From Candidatus Eiseniibacteriota bacterium (GTDB taxonomy: Bacteria > Eisenbacteria > RBG-16-71-46 > CAZEPH01), in the NCBI GenBank assembly GCA_044229145.1, contig JBGATO010000002.1, positions 32,001 through 96,000 on the forward strand: 64,000 bases of DNA, given 5' to 3'. Every line of letters starts with the position of its first letter. Position 1 is the stretch's first letter. Positions 9,838 through 21,000 of the stretch are shown here, piece after piece. A model generated the notes under the pieces. The model was not told the origin of the DNA. It did not search any database and saw only the letters and a program-made list of their open reading frames with translations. The position numbers were made by a program, and so were the translations under genes.

Positions 9838-11081
9838 GCGACGCCCCGGCCGACGCGCCCTCGTCGCCGTTCGCCTCCACGCTGCCCGACCCTGCCGCGC
9901 CGTCGCTGCGCCGGCCCGCCAAGCGCGCGCTGTCGGATGTCGCCCCGATCCTGCCAGGTTCGGCCATCGGCGTGCTCGGCAGCGGGCAACTCGGACGCAT
10001 GTTCGCGATCGCCGCCCGCCGCATGGGCTACCGCGTCCACACCTTCTCGCCGGACGCCGACACGCCCACGGGACAGGTTTCCGACGTGGAAGTGCGGGCG
10101 GATTTCGATGACCTCGACGCGGTGCGGCGGTTCGCCCGCGGGGTGGCCGTGGTGACCTTCGAGTTCGAGAACGTGCCGTTCGCGGCGACGCAGGCGGCGG
10201 CCGAGTGCGCGCCGGTGCGGCCGGACGGCTCGGTGCTCTACACGACGCAGCACCGTCTGCGCGAGAAGACCTTCCTGGCGGCCGGCGGCTTTCCGGTGGC
10301 GCCGTGGCGGCCGGTGCGCTCCCTGGCGGACCTCCAGTCGGCGATCGCCGAGATCGGTCTGCCGGCGGTGCTCAAGACGGCCGGCTTCGGCTACGACGGC
10401 AAGGGCCAGACGCTGCTGCGCGATGCCGCCGAGGCGGCCCCCGCCTGGGACGCGTGCGGCGGGCAAGAGATGGTGCTCGAAGGATTTGTCGACTTCGTCG
10501 GCGAGGTCTCGGTGGTGGTGGCGCGCGGGCTCGACGGCCAGGTCGCGCACTGGGGCGCGGTGGACAACGCGCACCGGCATCACATCTTGGACGTCTCGGT
10601 GTCCCCATCGTCGCTGCCACCGGCGCTCGAGGCCGAGGCGTGCGAGATGGCGGTGACGCTGGCGGAGTCGCTTGGCGTGGTCGGCATCCTGTGCGTCGAG
10701 ATGTTTCACACCCGAGACGGCCGGCTCCTAGTCAATGAACTGGCGCCGCGGCCGCACAACAGCGGGCACTTCACCTTCGACGCGTCGGTCACCAGCCAGT
10801 TCGAGCAGCAGTTACGGGCGTCTTGCGGTCTGCCGCTGGGGTCGACACGGCTGCTGGCCGCAGCGGCGATGGCCAACCTGCTCGGCGATCTGTGGCAGGC
10901 CGGCGAGCCCGATTGGGTGGCCGCCGCGGCGCACGACGATGTCAAACTCCATCTTTATGGCAAGCTTCTGCCGCGTCCGGGGCGTAAAATGGGACACATG
11001 ACGGCGCTGGCCGGCTCCCCCGGCGAAGCGCGCGCCCGCGCCCTGGCGGCCCGGGCGAGCCTGACGTCGGATCGCGGCTGA
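9834..11081 (+). CDS. purK: N5-carboxyaminoimidazole ribonucleotide synthase
   Basis: [42 protein letters not shown] overlap with purE. Confidence 0.97.
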   Translation: MSDAPADAPSSPFASTLPDPAAPSLRRPAKRALSDVAPILPGSAIGVLGSGQLGRMFAIAARRMGYRVHTFSPDADTPTGQVSDVEVRADFDDLDAVRRFARGVAVVTFEFENVPFAATQAAAECAPVRPDGSVLYTTQHRLREKTFLAAGGFPVAPWRPVRSLADLQSAIAEIGLPAVLKTAGFGYDGKGQTLLRDAAEAAPAWDACGGQEMVLEGFVDFVGEVSVVVARGLDGQVAHWGAVDNAHRHHILDVSVSPSSLPPALEAEACEMAVTLAESLGVVGILCVEMFHTRDGRLLVNELAPRPHNSGHFTFDASVTSQFEQQLRASCGLPLGSTRLLAAAAMANLLGDLWQAGEPDWVAAAAHDDVKLHLYGKLLPRPGRKMGHMTALAGSPGEARARALAARASLTSDRG

Positions 11082-11133
11082 GCTCCCGCCGCATCTGGCC
11101 CGCGCGTCGGTCACCACGCCCAGGACTGCTCCC

Positions 11134-11592
11134 ATGCTCGTGCGCCCGTCGCTTCGCCTGCCGCCACGCCTGCCGCGTCTGTTCGCCGCCATGTTCGTGA
11201 TCACCTTCGTCGGGAGCTGGCTGACGCTTTGGCCGATCACCTACGGGCTCGGGGCGACGCACAAGCTGTCGGCGCGCACCGGTGTGCTCACCGGCCACGT
11301 GCTGATCGGGCCGTTGACGCCGGTGCAGAAAGCGGATGAGCCGCCGGCGGCCGTGCCCGCGGCGATGTTCACCAGCCGCTTCGTCGTCGTCCGCCGCGTC
11401 GCGGACGGCCCGGTGGTCGTGAAGGCGCGGCTGCGCGCCGACGGCTCCTACCGCGTGCGCCTGTTGCCCGGGACGTACCTCGTGGACATCGAGCCGGGCG
11501 GCTTCGAGAAGGGCAAGGGCCCGCAGTCCGTCACCATCACGCGCGGCGGCCAGGCGTCCGCCGACTTCGACATCGACACGGGGATTCGTTGA
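11134..11592 (+). CDS. Hypothetical membrane-anchored protein with carboxypeptidase-regulatory-like beta-sandwich
   Basis: N-terminal hydrophobic segment; DGSYRVRLLPGTYLV and terminal DTGIR. Confidence 0.55.
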   Translation: MLVRPSLRLPPRLPRLFAAMFVITFVGSWLTLWPITYGLGATHKLSARTGVLTGHVLIGPLTPVQKADEPPAAVPAAMFTSRFVVVRRVADGPVVVKARLRADGSYRVRLLPGTYLVDIEPGGFEKGKGPQSVTITRGGQASADFDIDTGIR

Positions 11593-12104
11593 TGCACTAC
11601 ATGCTGCGTGCCGAGGCCGGCGATCAGATCGATCGCTGGCTACAGGCGTTCGAAGGTTTCGTATACGCCGGCGCGCCCGGCCCGTCGTCTCCCGCCGTCT
11701 CGCTGATCCTGCGCCACGATCCGCACGCCGACTGCTTCCTGTTCGACTGGCCCGAGACGTCGGAGGCGGTGCTGGCGCGGGCGCAGGCGTCCCTGCCCGG
11801 TCCGGTGCAACTCTATCAGCACGAATCGTTGGAGCCCGAGTTGGAGTTGACGCGGCTCGCCGCGCAGGCTCGCCGCGTGCTGACGACGCACTTCGAGGAC
11901 GAGAGCCGCAAGGAAGCGTTCTTCCGCGAGCTCGTGCATCCGGCGCTCAACGGCCTCGGCGACACGCTGTGGTCGGCGATGCAGTTCCATCTCAACTGCG
12001 CGCTCTCGACCGCGCACTCGATGGACGAAGGCCTGGCGAACCGCCTGGGCGAATCGATGCGCGACGTGCTGGAGTCCTACGTGGGCGGGACGATGGAGGT
12101 GTAG
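11592..12104 (+). CDS. Hypothetical protein
   Basis: Coding-like codon usage, overlaps the upstream stop; no motif recognised. Confidence 0.55.
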   Translation: MHYMLRAEAGDQIDRWLQAFEGFVYAGAPGPSSPAVSLILRHDPHADCFLFDWPETSEAVLARAQASLPGPVQLYQHESLEPELELTRLAAQARRVLTTHFEDESRKEAFFRELVHPALNGLGDTLWSAMQFHLNCALSTAHSMDEGLANRLGESMRDVLESYVGGTMEV

Positions 12105-12113
12105 CACACGCAC

Positions 12114-12147
12114 AACGCCCCGCGGCCGGTGAGGACCGCGGGGCGCC
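12114..12147. terminator. Bidirectional terminator-like hairpin
   Basis: CGCCCCGCGG...CCGCGGGGCG between convergent genes. Confidence 0.6.
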
Positions 12148-12168
12148 GTCGTGCGTTCGTGTGGGCAG

Positions 12169-12741
12169 CTACTTCGTGTTGAAGTCCACCTTCGGCGTTT
12201 CCTTCGCCGCTTCGCTGACCTTGTAGAACGGCTCCTGCGCGAAGCGGAAGATCCCGGCGAAGATGTTGGTCGGGAAGCGCTGCACCCGCGCGTTGAAGGC
12301 GCCGACGAGGTCGTTGTAGCGCCCGCGCTCAACCGCAAGTTTGTTCTCGGTGTTCGCCAGTTCGTCCTGCAGCGCCAGGAAGTTCTCCTGCGACTTGAGC
12401 TGCGGGTAGTTCTCGACGACGAGCAACAGACGCGACAGCGCCGAGTCCATCGCCTGGCCGGCGGCGATCTTGTCGGACGGCGTGCGCGCGCCGCCGTACT
12501 GCGTGCGGGCGTCGGCGATCGCCTTGAACACCGTCTGCTCCTGCTGCGCGAAGCCCTTCACCGTCGCCACGAGGTTCGGGATCAGAGCGTTACGGCGCTC
12601 GAGCTGGACGTCGACCTGCGCGAACTGCGTCTGCACCTGGGTGCGGCCGTTGACGAGACCGTTGTACTGGCCCACGCCACATCCGCCGATCAGCAGAAGT
12701 AGGCCCAGGACGACCACGATCGGAACGAGAGCTTTGCCCAT
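12169..12741 (-). CDS. lemA: LemA family protein
   Basis: RRNALIPNLV.TVKG, VENYPQLKS, ENKLAVER.RYN, FPTN. Confidence 0.95.
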   Translation of the reverse strand: MGKALVPIVVVLGLLLLIGGCGVGQYNGLVNGRTQVQTQFAQVDVQLERRNALIPNLVATVKGFAQQEQTVFKAIADARTQYGGARTPSDKIAAGQAMDSALSRLLLVVENYPQLKSQENFLALQDELANTENKLAVERGRYNDLVGAFNARVQRFPTNIFAGIFRFAQEPFYKVSEAAKETPKVDFNTK

Positions 12742-12822
12742 CTGACGTCACGCCTCCTTGAGTTTGCCTCCGCGGCTCCGATGCATTCGGAGTGCGCGGT
12801 GATGCAGAAAAACCGTGTGTCG

Positions 12823-13779
12823 CTACCAGCCGCCGCTGGCGCCGCCGCCGCCGGAGCGGCCGCCGCCGAAGCCTCCGAAGCCGCCGCCGCTGAAACCGCC
12901 GCCGCCGCCGAAGCTGCCGCCGCGCCCGCCGCCGCTCAGGCTGTTGAGCACCGCCAGAGCGAGCCAGGCGTTGCCCAGACCGCCGCCGCCACCACCACCT
13001 CCGCGCCCTCCGCCGCCACGCCGTCCGCGCGAGCCCAGCACCAGCAGGGCGATGAAGATGAAGAAGATGATCTGCCCGAGACTGCTGCCGCGATGCCGCA
13101 CGCGCGGCTCCTCCGGCGCCTGCGGCACCGCGCCGCTCGGCATCGGCGCGGCGACGCCCTTCTCGGCCGCCACGTACTTCACCGCTTCGACGGTGCCGGC
13201 AAGCAGTCCGCCACCGTAGTCGCCCTGCCGGAACAGCGGCGCGATGGTGTTGCGGATGATGCGGCCGCAGCGCGCCGCGGTGAGGGCGGGCTCGAGTCCG
13301 TAGCCGGTCTCGATGCGCATCAGGCGATCGTTCACCGCGACGAGGATCAGCAGCCCTTCGTCCTGCTTGTTGCCGATGCCCCACTTCTCGAACAGCTTCA
13401 CCGCGTATTCGTCGATGCCTTGCGTGCCGGCGCTCGGGATCGTCACCACGGCGATCTGCGTGCCGAGTTGCTGCGCGACGTCGGTGCAGTACTGCTCGAT
13501 CGTCGCGCGCGCCTCGGCGTCGAGCACGTTGGCGGCATCGGTGACGTAGCCCTCGGGCGTGCCGAGCAGCGCCGCTTCCTCGGTGGGCGCCGGTCCGCGC
13601 CGCGCGCGTGGCGCCGCGGTAGTGCTGTCGATGGCCTGGCGCGCCGTCTGCACGGTCTGGCGCACCAGATCGACCGCGGTCTGGGCACGCGGCGTGGCGA
13701 AGCTGGCGAGCAGCGCGACGACGACGAGCAGCGACGCAACGAGACGCGACGGCGCGAGGCGCCGTGACTCTGGCCTCAT
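12823..13779 (-). CDS. TPM domain protein (YgcG-like) with Gly-rich tail
   Basis: YVTDAANVL, LFEKWGIG, RIETGYGLE, terminal GGGRSGGGGASGGW. Confidence 0.9.
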   Translation of the reverse strand: MRPESRRLAPSRLVASLLVVVALLASFATPRAQTAVDLVRQTVQTARQAIDSTTAAPRARRGPAPTEEAALLGTPEGYVTDAANVLDAEARATIEQYCTDVAQQLGTQIAVVTIPSAGTQGIDEYAVKLFEKWGIGNKQDEGLLILVAVNDRLMRIETGYGLEPALTAARCGRIIRNTIAPLFRQGDYGGGLLAGTVEAVKYVAAEKGVAAPMPSGAVPQAPEEPRVRHRGSSLGQIIFFIFIALLVLGSRGRRGGGGRGGGGGGGGLGNAWLALAVLNSLSGGGRGGSFGGGGGFSGGGFGGFGGGRSGGGGASGGW

Positions 13780-13783
13780 CGTG

Positions 13784-14551
13784 TTATCCGACCTGCGTGT
13801 GGTCGACGGCGTCGACGAGGGCGGCGAGCGCATCGATGTACGCCGCGAGCCGGCGGCGCGCCGCGGCATCGTCGGCCGGCGACCGGCGCGCCGCGAACGG
13901 CGCCGCGAGACCTTCCGGGTCGACGCTGTAGGCGCGCGCCACGGCCGCCGCGAGCGCCTCGCGCCCTTCGACCTGCGGCAGGCCGCGCAGCGTCAGCAGG
14001 TGGCGGAACAGCACCGCCGATCCGCCGGCCGCCTGCGCGGTGAGCGATTGCGCCGCGCCGCGCTCGGCGCCGCTGAGCAGATACGCCTGCCGCAACGTCA
14101 CCAACTTCGAGCGCAGCTCGAACTCGCACTGATGGCGCAGGTTGTCGGCCGACACCGTCGCCGCGGCGAGCACGTCCTCGCCGTCGAGCAACGCGCGGCG
14201 CTGCCCGAAGTCGAGGAACTCGAGCGGGAACACATCGCGCGAGTTGGCGATTTGGCGCTGCGTGAGCACGAGCGGCGAAAAGCGCAGGCGCCCGCTGGAG
14301 TGCGCCGCGGGATCGCCGAGACGCGCCGCGCAGGTTTCCAGCGTGGCGAACGGCAGATCGCTCAGCACGACGAGCACGTTGACGTCGCTCACCGACGCGT
14401 CGAAGCCCGGTTCGAGCACGCTGCCATACAGATACAGCGCGCGGAAGCGGTCGCCGGCGGCGGCGAGGAGCGGCTTGATCCACGCGCGGGTCGCGGTGGC
14501 GATGTCATCGGGGGCGCGCAGGGGCGCCGCCGGAAGCGGAAGTTGTGTCAT
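13784..14551 (-). CDS. Nucleotidyltransferase-like domain protein of the LemA/TPM cluster
   Basis: LYLYGS...SDVNVLVV, DVFPLEFLD, LR.QCEFELR. Confidence 0.7.
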   Translation of the reverse strand: MTQLPLPAAPLRAPDDIATATRAWIKPLLAAAGDRFRALYLYGSVLEPGFDASVSDVNVLVVLSDLPFATLETCAARLGDPAAHSSGRLRFSPLVLTQRQIANSRDVFPLEFLDFGQRRALLDGEDVLAAATVSADNLRHQCEFELRSKLVTLRQAYLLSGAERGAAQSLTAQAAGGSAVLFRHLLTLRGLPQVEGREALAAAVARAYSVDPEGLAAPFAARRSPADDAAARRRLAAYIDALAALVDAVDHTQVG

Positions 14552-14558
14552 GGCCGAA

Positions 14559-14587
14559 AGCCTACGAGTGCCTCCGAGGACTGGCAA
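14559..14587 (-). promoter_or_regulatory. Putative leaderless promoter of the NTase-TPM-lemA operon
   Basis: Minus strand TTGCCA-N17-TAGGCT, 7 nt before the ATG. Confidence 0.55.
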
Positions 14588-14661
14588 GCGAATGCGGACG
14601 AACGGTGCCAGTGAACGGACCAGTGGCAGGGATGGTTGCAGGAATCGACGCAGCCGACCGC

Positions 14662-14690
14662 TTGACGCGTGACGCCGCGCGCCCCACGCT
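14662..14690 (+). promoter_or_regulatory. Putative leaderless promoter of the MFS-DMT genes
   Basis: TTGACG-N17-CACGCT, 8 nt before the ATG. Confidence 0.45.
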
Positions 14691-14698
14691 CCGCGCCG

Positions 14699-15913
14699 AT
14701 GACGCCCGCCACCATCCGCGACGCCCGCCTGCTCTACGCCTCCGCCTTCGTGCGCGCCTTCGCCACCGGCATGCTCGGTGTGTTGATGGGCGTGCAGTTG
14801 GCGCGGCAAGGATTCGACGCGTCGCGGATCGGCGTGATCGTCGCGTGCGGCTTGGCCGGCGCGGCGGCGGCCAGCGTGGTGGCGACTTTCGGCGCAGACC
14901 GCCTCGGGCGCCGTCGGCTGCTCATCGCCCTGGCGGTGCTCGGGGCGGCGGGCGCGCTTGGGCTCGCGGCGTCGTCGGGCATGGCGATGGCGATCGCCGC
15001 GGCGACGCTCGGCATGCTCAATGGCATGGGACGTGATCGCGGCGCGGCGCTGATCCTCGAGCAGGCGATCTTGCCGTCGCTCACCACCGACGCGACCCGG
15101 ACCATCGCCTTCGCGCGCTACAACATCGCGCAGGACGCGGGGCATGCGCTCGGCGGTCTCGCGGCGGGCATTCCGGCAGTGTTGGCGGCGCACACGTCGC
15201 TGAGCGAGGTGGCGGCGGGGCGCGTGATGACCCTGGCGTATGCGCCGTTGGTCCTCGCCGCGATCCCGCTGTACCTCGCGTTGTCTCCGGCCATCGCCGC
15301 CGCGCCACGCCCGCCGCGGCGGCGGCTCGATCCGCGCACGCGGTCGCTCCTGTGGCGCATCTCGTCACTGTTCGCGCTCGACAGCCTGGGCGGCGGCTTC
15401 CTCACCACCGCGTTGCTCGGCTACTTCTTCTTCCGCCGCTTCGGCGTCGGCGAGGGCACCATCGCCGTCTTGTTCTTCGCGGCGCGGGTCATGAACGCGC
15501 TGTCGCATCTCGGCGCGGCGTGGCTGGCGCGGCGCATCGGGTTGGTCAACACGATGGTGTTCACGCACATTCCGTCGTCGCTGTTGCTCGTCACGGTAGG
15601 GATGGCGCCGTCGTTCGCGGTGGCGGCGGTGCTGTTCGTGCTGCGCGAAGGACTCGTCGAGATGGATGTGCCGACGCGGCAGTCGTACGTCATGGCGGTG
15701 GTGCCGCCGGAGGATCGCACGCTGGCGTCCGGTGTCACTGGCTTGGTGCGCACGGCGGCGTGGGCGGTGGCGCCGGGATTCGCCGGCTGGGTGATGCAGC
15801 ACGTGGCGTTCGCGGTGCCGCTCTACACCGGCGCGGGGATGAAGATCGTGTATGACGTGCTGTTGTGGCGCGCGTTCCGCGGCGTCAAGCCGCCCGAGGA
15901 GACGCGCGCGTGA
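14699..15913 (+). CDS. MFS transporter
   Basis: About 12 hydrophobic segments; ADRLGRR motif A; IGLVNTMVFTHIPS; MDVPTRQSY. Confidence 0.9.
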   Translation: MTPATIRDARLLYASAFVRAFATGMLGVLMGVQLARQGFDASRIGVIVACGLAGAAAASVVATFGADRLGRRRLLIALAVLGAAGALGLAASSGMAMAIAAATLGMLNGMGRDRGAALILEQAILPSLTTDATRTIAFARYNIAQDAGHALGGLAAGIPAVLAAHTSLSEVAAGRVMTLAYAPLVLAAIPLYLALSPAIAAAPRPPRRRLDPRTRSLLWRISSLFALDSLGGGFLTTALLGYFFFRRFGVGEGTIAVLFFAARVMNALSHLGAAWLARRIGLVNTMVFTHIPSSLLLVTVGMAPSFAVAAVLFVLREGLVEMDVPTRQSYVMAVVPPEDRTLASGVTGLVRTAAWAVAPGFAGWVMQHVAFAVPLYTGAGMKIVYDVLLWRAFRGVKPPEETRA

Positions 15914-17007
15914 CGGCGACCGAGCGGCGGCGGCTGCATCTCGGCGGCATCGCGTGCGGGCTCGGCTCGGCGCTGTCGTTCGGCGCCAGCGCGCCGCTCG
16001 CCAAGCTGCTGCTGCCGCACGTCGGGCCGCTGACGATGGCGGCGCTGCTCTACGGCGGCGCGACGGTCGGCCTGCACCTCACGCAGCTGGTGGCATGGCT
16101 GGCGCGCGGCCGCACGCCGCCGGAGAACCCCGACACGCCGTTGCAGCGTCACGACTATCCCGTCCTGCTCGCGACCATCCTCGCCGGCGGAGTCGCCGGG
16201 CCGATCTTCCTCATGCTGGGCCTGCAGCGGGTGAGCGGCGTCACCGGATCGCTGCTGCTCAATCTGGAAGCGCCGTGCACCATCGGCATCGCGGTGCTGG
16301 TGTTCCGCGAGCATCTCGGCGTGCGGGCGCTGGGCGGCGCGCTGGCGATCCTGGCGGGCGCGGTGGCGCTCGGCGCGCGCAGCGCCGCACCCGGCGATGG
16401 CGCGCACACGACGCCGCTCGGCGTCGCCCTGGTGGCCGCCGCCTGCGTATCGTGGGCGATCGACAGCAACCTGTCGCAGAAGCTCTCGCTGCGCGATCCC
16501 TGGCACGTGACGCGGCTCAAGACGCTCGGCGCGGCTCTCGTCTCGACGGCGATCGCAGGGGCGGCGCGCGAGACGGCGCCGGAGTGGCGCTACGTGCCGT
16601 GGACGCTGGCGCTCGGCTACGTCAGCTACGGGCTCAGCATCATCCTGTACATCCGCGCGCTTCGCGGCATCGGCGCGGCACGGCAGGGCGCGATCTTCGC
16701 CACTGCGCCGTTCGCCGGCGCGCTGCTCGCGGTGCCGGTGCTCGGGGAGCGCGTCGGGCCGTTCGACCTCGCGGCGGGCGCGGCGATGGCGGCGGGTATC
16801 GCGCTGCTCGCCGGCGACCATCACGAGCACGAGCATGCGCACGACGCACTGGAACACGACCACCTCCACGTGCATGATGCGCACCATCAGCACGCCCACG
16901 CGGACGTGCCCGCGGGCGACGAGCCGCACGCGCATCCGCACACACACGTGCCGCTCACCCACGCGCATCCGCACGTGAGCGACGTGCACCATCGCCACGA
17001 TCACTGA
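15910..17007 (+). CDS. DMT/EamA family transporter with His-rich C-terminal tail
   Basis: Two EamA repeats (SLLLNLE, WAIDSNL); tail HHEHEHAH...DVHHRHDH; GTGA overlap. Confidence 0.88.
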   Translation: MTATERRRLHLGGIACGLGSALSFGASAPLAKLLLPHVGPLTMAALLYGGATVGLHLTQLVAWLARGRTPPENPDTPLQRHDYPVLLATILAGGVAGPIFLMLGLQRVSGVTGSLLLNLEAPCTIGIAVLVFREHLGVRALGGALAILAGAVALGARSAAPGDGAHTTPLGVALVAAACVSWAIDSNLSQKLSLRDPWHVTRLKTLGAALVSTAIAGAARETAPEWRYVPWTLALGYVSYGLSIILYIRALRGIGAARQGAIFATAPFAGALLAVPVLGERVGPFDLAAGAAMAAGIALLAGDHHEHEHAHDALEHDHLHVHDAHHQHAHADVPAGDEPHAHPHTHVPLTHAHPHVSDVHHRHDH

Positions 17008-17033
17008 GCCGCGCCCGAAGGAGACCGTTCGCC

Positions 17034-17954
17034 GTGTCCGATCGTTTCGCCGTGAACCTGCGTCTTGGCCTGGCCGCGGCCGCCGTCGCGGCGTGCGCGT
17101 GCGTGTTCGCCGCGTGCTCATCGACCACCGAGCCGAAGATCAACCCGACGGTGATCGACACCTATCCGGCGTGGTCGCCGGACGGCCACACCATCGCGTT
17201 CACGCGGCGCAGCAGTGAGGTGTGGACGCTCGACGTGGCGAGCGGGGCGACGACCAAGATCGCCGCCGGCGTGCTGCCCGCGTGGTCGCCCGACGGGACG
17301 AAACTGGGCTACGTCAACGCCGGCCGCTACTACACGCGGGTGTGGGCCACCGGCGACACCAGCTCGGTGCAGATCAACGGCCGCTTCCCGACGCATGACG
17401 CGGACTGGAGCCGGCTCGCCTTCGGTCTCGGCAGCAACATCTCGGGCGACACGCTCAACGGCATCTGGTACATCGGCGACGGCGCCACCACGCCGCGGCT
17501 CCTGATGCGCGCCAACGACGTCTACCTGCCCGACGTATCGATGCTGGCCTGGGCGCCGAGCGACACCACGATCCTCTTCATGTCGCATGTCATCGAAGGC
17601 GCGGAGGAGATCTACCAGTTCCACCTGCGCGACTCGTCGGTGGTCCTGCTCACCTCGGGCGCGCTGGTCAACCGCGACCCCGCGTGGTCGCCCGACGGCC
17701 GCACGATCGCGTGGGCCCGGGCCTACGCCGGCGACACTAACCCCAACTCGGGCATTTGGTTGATGGACAAGGACGGCTACCAGCAGCGCTTGCTTACCAC
17801 CGGCGGGACGAAGGAGACGGTGGCGCTGTCGCCGGCGTGGTCGCCCGACGGAGCGCAGATCGTCTACTCCGGCTACAACGACGACAGCGACACGTTCACG
17901 CTGTGGGTGATCAGCACGGACGGGACGGGGAAGCGTCAGCTCACTCGCCCATAG
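17034..17954 (+). CDS. TolB-like PD40-repeat lipoprotein
   Basis: Lipobox FAAC; four PAWSPDG repeats; AAGGAG SD. Confidence 0.8.
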   Translation: MSDRFAVNLRLGLAAAAVAACACVFAACSSTTEPKINPTVIDTYPAWSPDGHTIAFTRRSSEVWTLDVASGATTKIAAGVLPAWSPDGTKLGYVNAGRYYTRVWATGDTSSVQINGRFPTHDADWSRLAFGLGSNISGDTLNGIWYIGDGATTPRLLMRANDVYLPDVSMLAWAPSDTTILFMSHVIEGAEEIYQFHLRDSSVVLLTSGALVNRDPAWSPDGRTIAWARAYAGDTNPNSGIWLMDKDGYQQRLLTTGGTKETVALSPAWSPDGAQIVYSGYNDDSDTFTLWVISTDGTGKRQLTRP

Positions 17955-18077
17955 GGCTCGCTCTGGCTTAGCCCATTGAGGTAGACTTTAGGCGGCATCT
18001 CGTCCGTTCCGGTACTCGCATCGCCGCCCAGCCGGACCTGCCCTCCCGGCCCCCCATGTCCTCACCCGAGGCCCCTC

Positions 18078-21000
18078 ATGCACCCCTGTGTCCGCCACGG
18101 CCTCCGCGCCGCCGCCTTGCTGTGCGCTCTCGCGCTCGCCCCCGTCGCCCACGCCGCCACCTCGGGCGACTACCGCACCTACAACTCCGGCGACTGGTCC
18201 AACCAGGCCGTCTGGCAGAGGTACGACGGCTCGTCGTGGATCAACGTCTCGACCTCGCCGACCTCCGCCGACGGCGCGATCACGATCCGCGACAGCATCA
18301 CGGTCACCACCTCGGTGACCGTCGATCAAGTGACGGTGAACGCCGGCAGGCAGATCACGATCAAGCTCGGGAAGACGCTGACGCTCGCCGACGGCGCGGA
18401 CACCGACCTCACGATCAACGGCACCGTGCTCAACCAGGGCACGCTCGCGCTCACCGGCAGCGCGACCTGGGCGGTCAACGACGGCGGGACCTACATCCAC
18501 AACACCGTGTCGGCCGTCGCCACCTCGCTGGACGCGGCGACGCTCGGCGCCGCGAGCACGATCATCTACCGCGGCTCGGACACGCTCGATCCGCCGTCGA
18601 GTCTCGGCGGCCGCACGTACGGCCACTTGCGCTACGAGTCGACGTCCGGCGCGTGGTCGTTCAATCCGACGACGGGCCAGCCGATCACCATCCTCGGCGA
18701 CTTCTTCCTCGGCACCGGCGTGACCATGACCGCCGCGAATACCGGCGTCATGACTTTCGGCGGCAACTACACGATCGACGGCACGCTGACCAATAGCGGC
18801 GGCACGCAGAAGTACACGTTCACCGGTGCGGCGGCCACCGTCGCGGGCGCGGGCGCGATCACCTTCGAGCAGTTCAGCGTCCCGGCGGGCGCCGACCTCA
18901 CGCTGGCGGCGCCGGTGACGCTGGCGTCCGGCTTCACGGCGACGGTCGACGGCACGCTGGAGGCCAACGCGGCGCTCACGGCGAACAGCACGCCGCAGGT
19001 CAACGGGACGCTGCGCCTGAATGGCGGGTCGATCTCGAGCCAGCCGACCTATGGTGCGGCGTCGACGCTGGTGCTGAACGCGACCGGCGCCGTGGGGAAC
19101 GAGTGGGGTGACTCCGGCAGCACCGCCGGGCCGGGCGTGCCGCAGAACGTCAGCGTCCTCTCCGGGACCGCGACGATGCCGGCCGCCGCGCGCACCTGCC
19201 CCGGCACGCTGAGTCTCGACGGCGGGTCGCTCACGCTTGGCGGCGCCGACCTCACCGTGGGGCAATCGCTGGCCCTCACCAGCGGCGTGCTCGCCACCGG
19301 CGGCAACACCGTCATCCTCGCCAGCGGCGGCACGGTGACGCGCGGCACGGGCCAGGTGAACGGACTGCTGCGGAAGACGGTCCCCACCGGCGCGCCCAGC
19401 GTGACCTTCGAGATCGGCGACGGCGCGCGCTACACGCCGGTCAAACTCGACTTCGCCAGCGTGACCACCGCCGGTCCGGTGACGGCGGGCACCACGACCG
19501 GCGACAATCCCCAGCTCGCGACGTCGAAACTCGACGGCGCCAAGTCCGTGAACCGCTGGTGGACGCTCACGCCCGGCAGCTTCGTGTTCACCACCTGCGA
19601 TGCCAAGTTCACCTTCGACCCGGCGGATGTGGACGCCGGCGCCACTCCGGCGAACTTCATCGTCGGGCGATACGACTCCGCGGCGTGGAGCTACCCGGCT
19701 CTCGGCAACCTCACGACGACGAGCACGCAGGCCACCAACCTCACGGCCTTCGGCGATTTTGCCCTCGGGGAGACGATCGCGTTCACGATCACCGCCACGG
19801 CCGGCGCGAACGGCAGCATCAACCCCAGCGGCGCGGTCAGCGTGACCTACGGCAACAACAAGAATTTCACGATAGCGCCCAACCCCTCGTACTACGTGGA
19901 AGACGTGCTGGTGGATGGCGTGAGCGTCGGGGCGGTGGACAGCTACAAGTTCTTCGACGTGCGGGCCAACCACACCATCGCCGTGTCGTTCGCGCTAGGA
20001 ACGCTGGCGTATCGCTCGGCGGCATCGGGCAACTGGAACAGCCCGACGACATGGGAGGTGTTTGACGGCGCGGCGTGGGTCGCGGCCAGCGCGCTTCCCG
20101 ATCCGTCGCTGGCCGGCCCGATCACCATCCGCAGCCCGCACGTCGTCACCTGCACGGACTCGCAGACGGTCGACGAACTCACGGTAGATGCCGGCGCGAC
20201 CCTCACCGTGAACGAAGGGGAGGCAGTCGCGGTGCAGGACGGCCCGGGGACCGACTTGGTATTGAACGGCACCCTCCACAGCATGGGCACATGCTACATG
20301 GCCTTCACCTCAAACGGCGAGGTGAACGACGGCGGCAACTACATTATCTATGCGGCATCAAACGGCCAATTAGCCAACCTAGTACTCTCGGTCCACAGCA
20401 CCGTTACCTATCGTACGGAAGATGGTGTCGGTCCCTTCCATGGGGACATGACGAGCTACGGAAACCTCGTGATTGACGGGACAGGGGTCGTGGGATTTCA
20501 GGGTAACTTGGATCTCACCGTCAGAGGAGACTGCCTGATATTGGGGGCCTCGATGCATGTCACGGCAACGGGGACGCTTCGCTTCGCCGGGGACGTCACA
20601 TGCCTATCGGGTTACTTCGATCTCGATCAGAACGATGAAGAAGGTCACACCCAGATTTGCGAGTTCACGGGCGTGGGGAAGACGGTCAGCGGCTCGTTCC
20701 CCCAAATGGAGCAGGTCAAGATCCCCACCGGGGCCGACATCACAATCGAGGGCCAGTTTGTCTTCCTTCCGGGATTCGAGTCCTCCATCGACGGCACTCT
20801 GCGCGCCCAAGGGGGGGACATCACCGCAGATGGGACGGTGCGGGTCAAGGGCACCGTGCGGCTCGCGGGCGGTCCAGGTAAAGTGAAAGGGACTGGATCA
20901 TTCTCGTACACCGCCGGTGCGACGCTGATTTACGATGGCGATGTCACGATGGACGCCGTCTCGTGGCCCTCTGCAAATGGCCCTACCAAGGTGACCGTCA

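Noticed and set aside
12823..13030. GCC-rich low-complexity repeat
   Set aside because: It encodes the normal Gly-rich tail of TPM proteins and is not an independent repeat element.
16818..17004. CAC/CAT-rich repetitive DNA
   Set aside because: Explained by the His-rich protein tail.
20270..20660. Diversity-generating retroelement target
   Set aside because: No reverse transcriptase or template repeat differing only at adenines was seen in the window.
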